IMG/VR virus record: IMGVR_UViG_3300025648_000012 | Coordinates: 32,001-96,000 of that record | Length of the DNA: 64,000 bases | DNA from: a virus | Strand: one strand, 5' to 3' | Shown: piece after piece, positions 1 through 9,373 of the stretch | Position numbering within the stretch: position 1 is the first letter of the stretch | Layout: each line of letters starts with the position of its first letter | The notes under the pieces: model-generated | Seen by the model: only the letters and a program-made list of their open reading frames with translations | Database searches by the model: none | What the model was told of the DNA's origin: nothing | Translations under genes and position numbers: made by a program

Positions 1-3000
1 AGTTGTTCATTGTTTTAATGTAGAACAGCTTCATAGGAATTACTGGCATTGCAGGTATGTTTTCGTACCTTGAGTCTCCAGTATTATCGAACTGAGCTAT
101 GGTTATCTGTTTGGCTTTTAACCTTGCGGCTTTAGTTACATCGTAAGTCGTGTCCGCAATAATTGTAAGGAAGAGTACTTGGTCTCGGCTATCCGTTGCA
201 TTTTTCAAATCTGGTCTAAAAATGCGAGAATCTCCTTGCTCTTGTTCCCCTGGTGTCCAGCAACCTTCTATTCTAACCAACGTAGAGCAGCCACCAGATT
301 GAAGATTAAGGCCAGTTTCTAAACTATCCCGAATACCTATCATCCAGGAATACTTACTCGATGCAAACCTTTGTAAATCTTGTTCTTTAGAACTTGTCTT
401 GTAGTTAATGCCTTTTGCTCTCAAGTCAGCGGGCATTGCCTCAAACAAGATGTTAGTTGAGTTGTTGTAGTTGGTAAACACTAATACTTTTTTACCATTT
501 TTAGTATGCTCTCTTAAAATCTCCTCTAACGCTTTAGCTTTAGGAGATTTGAGGTCATCCCCAGTCAAAGGTTCTACCACTGTTTCTAGAGGGTCAACAA
601 TGCGTTCTCCCTGCTCGGTTATTGTAACCGCATGGAATCTTAGAGTTCTTCTTCCTTGGGTAGAAGGGTCTGTAATAAATTGCTCAAGTATGGATAAGTA
701 GGGAATTAGCTCACCCTGTTCAGCATCAATATCCTCTTCGTCTTCACTATCCTCATTTTCTTCTACAGCTTTCTTTTTACCAGTTAAAACATCAATTGCT
801 CTTTTAGCTTTACGGCCTTCTGCACCTTTCCCTTTTTCAGCTGTTTCTACAATGGAGCTAACCATTTCTTCAAAAAGTCCATCATAAAATTCTTTTTGCC
901 TTTCAGTTAGTTGCACAGATAGAAAGGCGTCGTGACGCTCTGGTAGTAGAGAAGCCCACTCTTTTCTTTTAGCAGTAGCCCAAACTGTATTATTTTTAAG
1001 GTGGTCTTTTAGAGTAGCCAAGGAAACCTCTCCTGAAGTTCTCCACTTAATTACTCTATTACCCTTAACTTCTAATCCATACTTTTCGTTAAACTCATCT
1101 CTTGAGCCAAGAATAGTAGGGTCAAGTAAAGCCATTTGCCCAGGTAAATCAGATGGAGAGTCAGGATTAAGTGTACCAGAAGCTATTCTTTTCTTTTTAA
1201 TATCTGCAACGAGTGATAGAACGGCACGGGCTCTTCCACTCTTTAAGTTTTTAAGAAAGTGAGATTCATCCATGAATACGTACTGAATACCATACTCCTT
1301 CAAGAATTCTTGAACAGGGTAAACAAAAACAGGAGTCGTACCGTAGGCGGTAACTTTTGCTCTATATTTTAGAGCATCGTAGTCAATTATGAGAATTGTA
1401 TTCTTGGGGGCGTTGTTAAGTATTTCTCTATAACGTTCAAACCCAGATTGGCGAATGTTAAACGAAGTTACAGGAATTGCGTTTAACCTTCCTTCCGTAA
1501 AGTACACTATTTCCGATACGTAGTTTGCAATTAGGGTAGAAGGGCACATAACTGCGAAAGGACCTTCTGCTCCTTTGGCTAATTGGTCAAGTACATCAGT
1601 AACTCCCATTAAAGTTTTTCCACCCCCAGCGGAGTAGTCATACACTCCTAAATCTGGGTCATCTCTCATGAGATTACGGCCACGAACTTGGTGAGGCAAA
1701 AGCCCACGTTGTTCTGTCAAAACTTTACCAACTAAAGGTAATGCAGGTAATTTCCAATCTTTGTCAATGGCTTGAGAAGTGTAGGGCTTAATTACCGTTT
1801 TAGCTTCAACTAACCCTTCTGGAGTACAATATGAGCTAATTAACTGCAAAAATCCTAAACTGGATAACACATTAGAAACAGAATATTGACTGCAAACTAC
1901 ATCTAACCTCTTTAGAATTGCTGCACACAGCGTTTTAAGGAACTCTAAAACTGGAAACAGTTCTGATTTGAGCAAATATACCATAGGAGTGTTTTCTCCG
2001 TGGTAGTATGCTCCACATACAGTTAAGTAGTAGTCCTTAATTGATGCAGAATCCTTGAGTATTGAGTTAAGCCGGTTATTAAGAGCGTACCCTTCTCCTC
2101 TCATTTCCTGCAATTCTTTAGAAGGAATAATAGCATTTTTTGAATAAGAAGTAGGTAGTACAGAAACTCCTAGCATCTTACTGTAAATTTCAAACCTTTC
2201 AATCGTCTTTTTGTCTAGAGCATATCTAAACAAAATGTTCATTGCAGATTGAGCATTGCAAGCTCTAAATCTTGATAACTCAGTTGTAACTACATTGCCT
2301 GAAGTGTTAGTGTATGTAAATTTGTTGTTAATGTAGTCAACTAAAAGAATTTTGTTAGTAGGTAATTTGGCTTTTATTTTGTTTTTAATATCTACTTCGC
2401 CATACGTCCCATCTGGGTGCTGCATTTCTCCAATAACTTGGGCTTCATACGCGTCTACCTCATTATGTACTACTGGAAGGTACATTGGTTTACCTTCCAT
2501 ATCAATAGTAATGCCGTAGGAGTCTACTCGAGTTTGTTTTGTAACTTTTGGCAAAGTAGAAGCAATAATTTTGAGAGGAAGAGCATTTGTAGCATGTTGC
2601 TTTGGAATAAAATCAGCGTCTGCCCATTGTCTAAGTAGAGGATACATATCTACTAAACGAAGAGTATCAAAGGGCGTGTTATATAGAATTTCACATTCCA
2701 ATGGAGTTATTAAAAACTCTAAAAATACAATGGAACCATTATCTACAGTTTCAATATGGCAGCCCTTAAGACATTGCCTAAGAATAGTTAAAAGTTCTGG
2801 AGAAATATCAGGGCGAAGAAGATTACTTACTTCAATGGAAGTTGGAAGTTTATCTGTACCGTTGCTTGGAGATTTTGCTCCACTTCTGCTGTAAGGAAGA
2901 AAGTCAACGAATAGACTTCCAACAGTGCCATTTGAAGACACACCGACAGGTACAGTAACGCTCAACCCACTAGGTTGTTTTTTGATTGTTAAATACTTTG

Positions 3001-3310
3001 GAATTGACCCTTCATTACTTTCTGTTCTATTCATACTCCACTGTCTAAGAGTTCGAGTATTGGTCATGGCCGCTATTTTTGAGTCTTTTTCTTTCTTAGC
3101 AAAAGCTACTGGAATTGGAGTATCCAAGTCTTTCGCAACAGCTTCCAATACCATCTTAAAAAATAGGAACCGAGCATCCCCTTTGTAATTGTGAGTAAAC
3201 AAAGCAAGGAATTTTTCACCTTTAGCCTTCTTTTCTACAGCGGGATGTAGCGGAGTAAGAACAAGAGTTGAAGTTTGCGAATTTGGTGTAAAAGCTACTA
3301 AATTAGTCAT
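1..3310 (-). CDS. Large SNF2/SF2-type helicase-like protein, running off the left edge (>1100 aa)
   Basis: Not in the ORF track because it is open at the edge. Manual translation of parts of the frame from ATG at 3310 gives LLPHQ (Q motif), SAGGGKT (Walker A), MCPST, FMDESHFLKN (Walker B) and ASGTLNPDSPSDL (motif III). Confidence 0.85.
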   Translation of the reverse strand, partial: MTNLVAFTPNSQTSTLVLTPLHPAVEKKAKGEKFLALFTHNYKGDARFLFFKMVLEAVAKDLDTPIPVAFAKKEKDSKIAAMTNTRTLRQWSMNRTESNEGSIPKYLTIKKQPSGLSVTVPVGVSSNGTVGSLFVDFLPYSRSGAKSPSNGTDKLPTSIEVSNLLRPDISPELLTILRQCLKGCHIETVDNGSIVFLEFLITPLECEILYNTPFDTLRLVDMYPLLRQWADADFIPKQHATNALPLKIIASTLPKVTKQTRVDSYGITIDMEGKPMYLPVVHNEVDAYEAQVIGEMQHPDGTYGEVDIKNKIKAKLPTNKILLVDYINNKFTYTNTSGNVVTTELSRFRACNAQSAMNILFRYALDKKTIERFEIYSKMLGVSVLPTSYSKNAIIPSKELQEMRGEGYALNNRLNSILKDSASIKDYYLTVCGAYYHGENTPMVYLLKSELFPVLEFLKTLCAAILKRLDVVCSQYSVSNVLSSLGFLQLISSYCTPEGLVEAKTVIKPYTSQAIDKDWKLPALPLVGKVLTEQRGLLPHQVRGRNLMRDDPDLGVYDYSAGGGKTLMGVTDVLDQLAKGAEGPFAVMCPSTLIANYVSEIVYFTEGRLNAIPVTSFNIRQSGFERYREILNNAPKNTILIIDYDALKYRAKVTAYGTTPVFVYPVQEFLKEYGIQYVFMDESHFLKNLKSGRARAVLSLVADIKKKRIASGTLNPDSPSDLPGQMALLDPTILGSRDEFNEKYGLEVKGNRVIKWRTSGEVSLATLKDHLKNNTVWATAKRKEWASLLPERHDAFLSVQLTERQKEFYDGLFEEMVSSIVETAEKGKGAEGRKAKRAIDVLTGKKKAVEENEDSEDEEDIDAEQGELIPYLSILEQFITDPSTQGRRTLRFHAVTITEQGERIVDPLETVVEPLTGDDLKSPKAKALEEILREHTKNGKKVLVFTNYNNSTNILFEAMPADLRAKGINYKTSSKEQDLQRFASSKYSWMIGIRDSLETGLNLQSGGCSTLVRIEGCWTPGEQEQGDSRIFRPDLKNATDSRDQVLFLTIIADTTYDVTKAARLKAKQITIAQFDNTGDSRYENIPAMPVIPMKLFYIKTMNN

Positions 3311-3324
3311 TGTTTTCATACTTT

Positions 3325-3909
3325 TTATATCCATTTTCTAATGTGGCGGGAATTAGGAGTAATTGACTTCCAAAATTTTAGAATTTCCGGTAAAGTTGAA
3401 CGAGTAGGAGTAATGGGGCACTGCAATTCGTAGCCAAAATACCACCACTTACTTCCCCTTACTGGGTTATAGAACCAAAAGGTAAAGTTAGAGTTTAACT
3501 TGAGGTACCACCTATGCTTTGAATCCCATATTCTGTAAACTCTGTACCTTAGTGGGAATCTATAGAGGCGAGTTTGCAAGTAGAGTTTGCCTAGCTCTGC
3601 TTTAGCTTGTACTTTAATAGTAAACCCACCATTCTCGTTTTCTTCTATGGTTTGTTGGTAAAACCACGTATTTATGGAGTCGGGTAAGGGGTTAACAATT
3701 CTAAAGAACAAAGCTAGTATGCTTTTTTGAAACTTAAGGTAAATTTGAATAGGTTGAGTTTGTTTAGTTTTCAGGCTTAATCCCTGATCTTTAACCAACT
3801 TGTAAAAATACTTAGTAGCTACAGCCAAATCTGCATCGTACTTATCCGTAGCTATAATCCAAAGTGGAAGTAAATCCAAGTTAGTATTTTTTGGAAATGG
3901 GAACTTCAT
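3325..3909 (-). CDS. Hypothetical protein (aromatic-rich)
   Basis: 194-aa ORF in the minus-strand gene run. Confidence 0.65.
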   Translation of the reverse strand: MKFPFPKNTNLDLLPLWIIATDKYDADLAVATKYFYKLVKDQGLSLKTKQTQPIQIYLKFQKSILALFFRIVNPLPDSINTWFYQQTIEENENGGFTIKVQAKAELGKLYLQTRLYRFPLRYRVYRIWDSKHRWYLKLNSNFTFWFYNPVRGSKWWYFGYELQCPITPTRSTLPEILKFWKSITPNSRHIRKWI

Positions 3910-3939
3910 TTTTCAACCATTAAATTGTGGTTTGCAGAA

Positions 3940-4902
3940 TTAAGAATTGCGTGGATTATAGAACCTATGTCCATCATCGAGGGGGATTTCCTTAAGTATG
4001 TACTCTAGAGCATCAATGGAAGTTTTTACTTTTGCTAACTCCAAGGAGGTCATTACTTTTTCTTTGTACTCTTCTAGCTTGTTTTCGTTAACATTAGGTT
4101 GAGACGTCATGGCATCAATGGATTCAAGCATTATATCATTTTCTTTCTTTGCTTTTTCTAACTCGCTTAGCTTTTCTGTTAGTTCTTTGTGTTTCCAATA
4201 AGGCATTCTTAACTGAATGTTTAGATTGCTATGTTTACTAACTTGTCTTTTATACAGGCTGTCCTGATAGAACCACGCAGCATTCTTTTTAACATCTACA
4301 ATAGACTTACCAGATGCTGGGGGTCCGGCGACTCCATTAACTATTGGAATAACCCACTTACCGAAAAGTATATTTCTAACCTCTAGTTCAAAGGAGCTTA
4401 GGGATACTGTTGCTACTGTTTTTGGTACCCTTGCGCTCATTAACTGTTTAAGGGCGTCTAAAGCCTGTAAGGGGTTATAGACAGCATGAATTCCTATTCC
4501 ATTATTGCTTACCCATTGCTCAATGTTGCTTTTATCATCATCAACCAGTACCTTGTTTCTTCCAGAATAATTCTGTTTTAAGTGCTTACCAGGAACAATA
4601 ACTGCAGGTAAAGAAATTCTATGAAAATGTAACCATCTTATTTTTTGTGGAACTATTCTGGAATGAAAATCGTTACTTACGGAAGAGGAAAGAATGGAAA
4701 CAGGAACATTAAGAGACAAACAATACTCAACTAATTGCATAGCCCCTGGAAGTAGGGGTAAAACCTCAAAGCCACGAAGGTCAATAAAAGAGTTAAACTT
4801 GTTAGTATCATCTGGAGAATGGTTACCTACTAAATCGGAAAATCCAGAATTAAAATCAGCAAGGATTCCGTCCTGGTCTAAAAAGATTTCTTTGATAGTC
4901 AT
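3940..4902 (-). CDS. HAD-family 5'(3')-nucleotidase-like domain fused to an unknown C-terminal region
   Basis: N-terminal FLDQDGILADF (HAD motif I), ILSS and VLVDDDKSNIEQW, typical of phage NT5C-like proteins. Confidence 0.75.
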   Translation of the reverse strand: MTIKEIFLDQDGILADFNSGFSDLVGNHSPDDTNKFNSFIDLRGFEVLPLLPGAMQLVEYCLSLNVPVSILSSSVSNDFHSRIVPQKIRWLHFHRISLPAVIVPGKHLKQNYSGRNKVLVDDDKSNIEQWVSNNGIGIHAVYNPLQALDALKQLMSARVPKTVATVSLSSFELEVRNILFGKWVIPIVNGVAGPPASGKSIVDVKKNAAWFYQDSLYKRQVSKHSNLNIQLRMPYWKHKELTEKLSELEKAKKENDIMLESIDAMTSQPNVNENKLEEYKEKVMTSLELAKVKTSIDALEYILKEIPLDDGHRFYNPRNS

Positions 4903-4906
4903 GTAG

Positions 4907-5101
4907 TTAGTGCCTTAGTATGGGTTTAATAGTTTCCTTGGGAAAGCCATTAACTAAGTAATCTATGTTTTTTCTAAGTTCATCTCGTTCTTCTGCTAAT
5001 TGTACAATTAACTCTTTAGATTTTTGAAGTAAATCCATGCAGGATTTTAGCGTACTTAAGTATACTTGCTTTTCTGCACTATCCATGTCTGCACTATCCA
5101 T
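4907..5101 (-). CDS. Hypothetical protein
   Basis: 64-aa coiled-coil ORF with RBS; duplicated start MDSAD-MDSAE. Confidence 0.6.
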   Translation of the reverse strand: MDSADMDSAEKQVYLSTLKSCMDLLQKSKELIVQLAEERDELRKNIDYLVNGFPKETIKPILRH

Positions 5102-5113
5102 GAAGTATTCCTT

Positions 5114-5857
5114 TTACTTATTTTGAGTTGGAGATGAAAGTATTTCTTGACTTAGGGCAACTGCCCACGCAGGGTTCTCAACAATAGATAACTCCACTGG
5201 TTCCAACCCATACGCATTAAGATAAACTAACTGACCATTTTCCTCTCTCCAATTAACCGTATCCGTAGATTGAATATGAGAACAGTTTTTCCATTGTGTT
5301 TTTGTAGCTTCCGCGCCGCAAATAGAGCACCTAAATTCTGTCGCATTACACCCCATACTAAACGTATCACGCTGTTTAGTAACAAATTCGTGAGCCATAT
5401 CCGGGCTCTTTTGAGTATCAATCCCAGCTACACCCATTACTTTCCAATACTTACCGTTTCCATACCCTGCTATTGGAGTTAAGTAAGAGTCAAAAACAAC
5501 ACCGTGCGCATCGGTATGAATGGCAGATTGATGTTCTTCATGAACAGGGCAGCCTGTCCACGCCTTATAAACCTGGCGGGCAACTGGAGGAGCGATGAAA
5601 CGAGCTAATTCCGCAGCAGGAAAAGCTATTCCGTTTCGGTTAGGAATGTCTGATGGGCAAATAATAGTAGGAATTAGTAAGTAATCCTCAATGTTGGGAG
5701 AAATGTTGTAAAGCTTAGCTGCAAAAGGAAGCCAAGATACATCTATTCTGTCCGCTATTTCCTTCTGCTTTTCTTCCGTAGGTACTTCTACTTTTACTGC
5801 ATCGGCAGTTATGCTAGCTTGCCTAAACTCTCTCGGCATTGTGTGTGATATTTTCAT
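5114..5857 (-). CDS. Prohead (capsid maturation) protease, HK97/assemblin-like, with Zn-ribbon insert
   Basis: PNRNGIAF, PVHEEH, FSMG, CSICG...CSH and ELSIVENPA motifs; start taken at ATG 5857, which overlaps the upstream stop (ATGA). Confidence 0.7.
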   Translation of the reverse strand: MKISHTMPREFRQASITADAVKVEVPTEEKQKEIADRIDVSWLPFAAKLYNISPNIEDYLLIPTIICPSDIPNRNGIAFPAAELARFIAPPVARQVYKAWTGCPVHEEHQSAIHTDAHGVVFDSYLTPIAGYGNGKYWKVMGVAGIDTQKSPDMAHEFVTKQRDTFSMGCNATEFRCSICGAEATKTQWKNCSHIQSTDTVNWREENGQLVYLNAYGLEPVELSIVENPAWAVALSQEILSSPTQNK

Positions 5858-6072
5858 TGAGTAATCCATCCAGTTAGTTTCTTTTTGCCTGTATTCCACT
5901 TACCTTTTACGTTGCCCTCCGAATCTATAGCTACTAATCCTAGTTCCTCAATTCCTTTTCTTTTTTCAAATTTTGTGGTTAGTCCTAATTTATTAACCTC
6001 ATCTAACCATTTTTGGTAGTCATCAAAAGGCTGTATTATATTTGAAGGTATAAAATGTGCGGTTAGCTTCAT
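5854..6072 (-). CDS. Hypothetical protein
   Basis: 72 aa, translationally coupled; N-terminus MKLTAHFI resembles the neighbouring gene. Confidence 0.6.
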   Translation of the reverse strand: MKLTAHFIPSNIIQPFDDYQKWLDEVNKLGLTTKFEKRKGIEELGLVAIDSEGNVKGKWNTGKKKLTGWITQ

Positions 6073-6611
6073 TTCTTTTGGATAGGCATAGGTTGAGTCT
6101 CCACCGATTGCTTGAGTAGAGCTTTAAGAGACAAAGTGTCCAAGTTATTTATTTCCTTATTTTCTCCATTTTCTAAAAATCTTAAATCCCAAATTTTGTC
6201 TTTATTTTGGCAAACTACAAATAGCGTATTTCTTGGAAGAGTAATGCCCTTTACTTCCATTGGTTTTGAAGTAACAAAGTAGGAGTAACCAAACTTGAGT
6301 CTAGTGTTCCTATGAAACTTTAGCAACCGCTCTAATTCTTTTGAAAATACTGAGTCTAGAGAAGAGTTTGTTACAGTCTTAACCGTTAGGGAGTATAGTA
6401 TACTCCCTATTAACTCCTGCCCTATATTGTGCAATTTACCCTGTTTGGTTAATATCCAAAAAGACTTTTTACCCCTAATTGCATCAGGCATTTCCTTGTT
6501 TTCTCTTACTGCGACTTTATCGCCTTTTTTCAAACCGTTAAAGTCTTCTCTAACAGTTTTAATAGCCCAAGTGTAGTAAGAGGATTTAATGAAATTAGAG
6601 GTAAGTTTCAT
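6069..6611 (-). CDS. Hypothetical protein
   Basis: 180 aa, coupled; N-terminus MKLTSNFI. Confidence 0.65.
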   Translation of the reverse strand: MKLTSNFIKSSYYTWAIKTVREDFNGLKKGDKVAVRENKEMPDAIRGKKSFWILTKQGKLHNIGQELIGSILYSLTVKTVTNSSLDSVFSKELERLLKFHRNTRLKFGYSYFVTSKPMEVKGITLPRNTLFVVCQNKDKIWDLRFLENGENKEINNLDTLSLKALLKQSVETQPMPIQKK

Positions 6612-8086
6612 TTTTCGTTTTTCCTTTCCTTTAGAGCCCGTCTTGCTGCAGTTCTAACATACGTGTTCTTATCCTTAGTTAGAAACTTAAGAACGGAAAC
6701 CGGGGTGTTAGGGTTCTCTGCTACTCTTGCTTTAACATAGCCCCCCTCATCTTTAGCTAAAACCTCAAGTAGGGCAACTGGTGTGTTAGGATTACCTGCT
6801 ACTCTTGCTTTAACATAGCCCACCTCATCTTTAGCTAAAACCTCAAGTAGGGCAACTGGTGTGTTAGGATTACCTGCTACTCTTGCTTTAACATAGCCCC
6901 CCTCATCTTTAGCTAAAACCTCAAGTAGGGCAACTGGTGTGTTAGGATTGCTAGCTACATCGCTCCTAACCCTCCAGTATCCATTTTTAGCTAAAACCTC
7001 AAGTAGGGCAACTGGTGTGTTAGGATTGCTAGCTACATCGCTCCTAACCCTCCAGTCTCCATTTTTAGCTAAAATTTCAAGTATGGAAACCGGGGTGTTA
7101 GGGTTCTCTGCTACTTGTATCGTTTCTGTTATACTCATTCCTTTAAGATCGGACGGTTTTATTTTGTGGTTAATAGCATAGGCATCACTATTAAGTTTAG
7201 AAAGACCTGGCTTAACCTTATACTCACCTTTAGGCTGTTTACTACCTAACCAAGTAGTAAATTGTGAAACTTTCTTTCTAAAGGATGCTGGGGCACTGCC
7301 GTATTCCTTTCTAGAAGCCTGAAATACTACTTGGCCTTTACTATTCTTATAAGGCAATAGCAATATCCTAGCTATAGGTCTATTGATGTTTAAGTCGTTA
7401 TCCCTTACTAAGTAGGCTACTAATGCCCCTTCCTTAATTAGAGTTTTGAGAGCCCCATTTTTTACTCCTTTCGCAAGGTTCATACAGGAAGTCCACCCTC
7501 TATCAAAAGAAATGCCCAATATGTCGTAGGGGTGTCTACTAATTACACAGACTAACTTACCTTCCTCTTGAGCGGTAACTCCTTTACGTTGTGGGTCACT
7601 ATCAAAGGCTTTTTTAGCTTCTGGGTCTTTAGATAGAACCTTACCTAGTCTAACTGTTCTACCATGCTTATCAATGGCTGTACCTAAAGTATAGTTATCC
7701 AGACTAAACCCTACTTTAGTAAGGTAGTCCTTAACTAGAGGAGGTACAGTTTCAGATACTTTATCATTGATAGCTTTAGAACCAGATAGTGGTAAGTAAA
7801 TACGGTAATTATTTCTAGAGGTATGAGCAAACGTTGCAAAAATGTTAGCATAGAGGTTCTTATTACCTACCCCTTTATATGGTCTGTATAGAGACAGTGG
7901 AATAGCCGCCTCAACTAGGAAAGAAGTAAGACCAACCCGTTTCTTAAAGATGGTAGTTACTAGAGCATAGTTATTCTCTTTCCCTTCTTTTTTGGCATCT
8001 TTTTTAGCATTGTCCCATTCTTTTTCTAAATGCTCTAAAGTTCCATGTCCTTCTTTACTCAGTTTTTTAAGGTAAGGAGTGGTCAT
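6608..8086 (-). CDS. Protein with C-terminal leucine-rich-variant/HEAT-like repeats
   Basis: About six 26-aa repeats of the type NPNTPVALLEVLAKDEGGYVKARVAG. Confidence 0.8.
   Translation of the reverse strand: MTTPYLKKLSKEGHGTLEHLEKEWDNAKKDAKKEGKENNYALVTTIFKKRVGLTSFLVEAAIPLSLYRPYKGVGNKNLYANIFATFAHTSRNNYRIYLPLSGSKAINDKVSETVPPLVKDYLTKVGFSLDNYTLGTAIDKHGRTVRLGKVLSKDPEAKKAFDSDPQRKGVTAQEEGKLVCVISRHPYDILGISFDRGWTSCMNLAKGVKNGALKTLIKEGALVAYLVRDNDLNINRPIARILLLPYKNSKGQVVFQASRKEYGSAPASFRKKVSQFTTWLGSKQPKGEYKVKPGLSKLNSDAYAINHKIKPSDLKGMSITETIQVAENPNTPVSILEILAKNGDWRVRSDVASNPNTPVALLEVLAKNGYWRVRSDVASNPNTPVALLEVLAKDEGGYVKARVAGNPNTPVALLEVLAKDEVGYVKARVAGNPNTPVALLEVLAKDEGGYVKARVAENPNTPVSVLKFLTKDKNTYVRTAARRALKERKNEK
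6686..7112. repeat. 78-bp coding tandem repeat (LRV/HEAT units)
   Basis: Near-identical copies of ttagctaaaacctcaagtagggcaactggtgtgttaggatt at a 78-bp period; boundaries approximate. Confidence 0.9.
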
Positions 8087-8462
8087 TCTGCTTTCCCATG
8101 TTAGTTTGTAAGACTTGCAAGCGTTGCTGCGTTGCTTGCAAGGAGGTATTTGCAGATTCCAATGCCTTCTTTTTTTCTAATAGAGGAACCGTAGAGTTAG
8201 CTACAGGAGGTAAAAGTACGGTTGGTTTGTTGTTATTAGCAGTAACAACAGCAACGAGTACCGGCTCTGTTCCCGCCAAGCTTGACACTTCGCTTGCTAA
8301 TTGCCGTAGTTGCCAATTAACTCGATCTAAATTCTTTTGGGTTTCTTCTGCTTTGGAGTATCTGTTGTCTAACTCAATGGAGACAGGTACAACAGAAACC
8401 AAACAAGCCACTAAAAGTGCGAGCATTGGTGGTATTCCGAGCTTTCTCAATAATTCAAGCAT
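8067..8462 (-). CDS. Membrane-anchored coiled-coil protein
   Basis: N-terminal hydrophobic helix followed by a coiled coil. Confidence 0.6.
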   Translation of the reverse strand: MLELLRKLGIPPMLALLVACLVSVVPVSIELDNRYSKAEETQKNLDRVNWQLRQLASEVSSLAGTEPVLVAVVTANNNKPTVLLPPVANSTVPLLEKKKALESANTSLQATQQRLQVLQTNMGKQNDHSLP

Positions 8463-8486
8463 AGTTTAAATAAACACCTCTTCTAG

Positions 8487-9284
8487 TTAAACAATTACCA
8501 AGTTGGTTCCGCATTCCTGACAAAACTTAGCTTTAGCTTTGGAAACAGTACCGCAAGTTACACATTTGGCTTTACACTGCACTGTTAGTGGTTTATTGAC
8601 TTTTTTACCACCAACTTGCCCAACGAGCTTTAAGACCATTACATGCACTGTTTTTTCAGTTATTAAATCCTTGACTTCAATAAATGATTGAGTAGAGATT
8701 GCCCCAGGAACAGTTATTCCACTCTTCTGCTCACTATTCATTACCTCACTACCCACTGGCCCACTTACTGTTGTAGTGCTTGAGCACCAGATACTATCGG
8801 GAGTATAGGGTTTGGTAAAATCAATATAAGGAGAATAATAGGGTGGGTATATTCTAAAATATTCGGGCTTAAAATAACCGTACGGACTAGGAAATGTCGA
8901 CTTGGAAGGTTTTACTTTGTCTATTGTATACCTGTCCTCATTACTATCCTCAAAGGAGTATTCAACTCGTATTAGTCCATCTTCTGAGTTAACTCCCCTT
9001 ACTTTCTCAATTTTTTTCGTTCTTTCAATAAACTTAAACTTGTTCCCTTTGTTTAAGTCGCTAATGAAGCGTTCAACTTCTACTGTTTTATTGGGTTCAA
9101 TTACTAAAGCATAGTTTGAAAATGGTTTACCATCAATCTCAATTAGCGCTTTGCATCTTCTTGACTCCAAATTCTTAAAGATAACGGAGTATTCACAGCC
9201 AAAAGGCAATTTAACGGTATCTCCAGACTCCTTAAGTACTTTACCTTCAACTTTTACAGCCACGACTAACTTATTTGCGTACAT
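8487..9284 (-). CDS. Phage protein with C-terminal zinc ribbon
   Basis: CVTCG...FCQECG at the C-terminus; strong RBS. Confidence 0.7.
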   Translation of the reverse strand: MYANKLVVAVKVEGKVLKESGDTVKLPFGCEYSVIFKNLESRRCKALIEIDGKPFSNYALVIEPNKTVEVERFISDLNKGNKFKFIERTKKIEKVRGVNSEDGLIRVEYSFEDSNEDRYTIDKVKPSKSTFPSPYGYFKPEYFRIYPPYYSPYIDFTKPYTPDSIWCSSTTTVSGPVGSEVMNSEQKSGITVPGAISTQSFIEVKDLITEKTVHVMVLKLVGQVGGKKVNKPLTVQCKAKCVTCGTVSKAKAKFCQECGTNLVIV

Positions 9285-9373
9285 TTTACTTCTCCTTAGT
9301 TTAACAGCCTACAGACTAAAGGCTCAAAAATTAAAGTCTGTTCCTTGTTTACTTCCAACCTAAAATTGTTCTG

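Noticed and set aside
471-3188. Short plus-strand ORFs in the track
   Set aside because: They are antisense shadows of the long minus-strand helicase frame.
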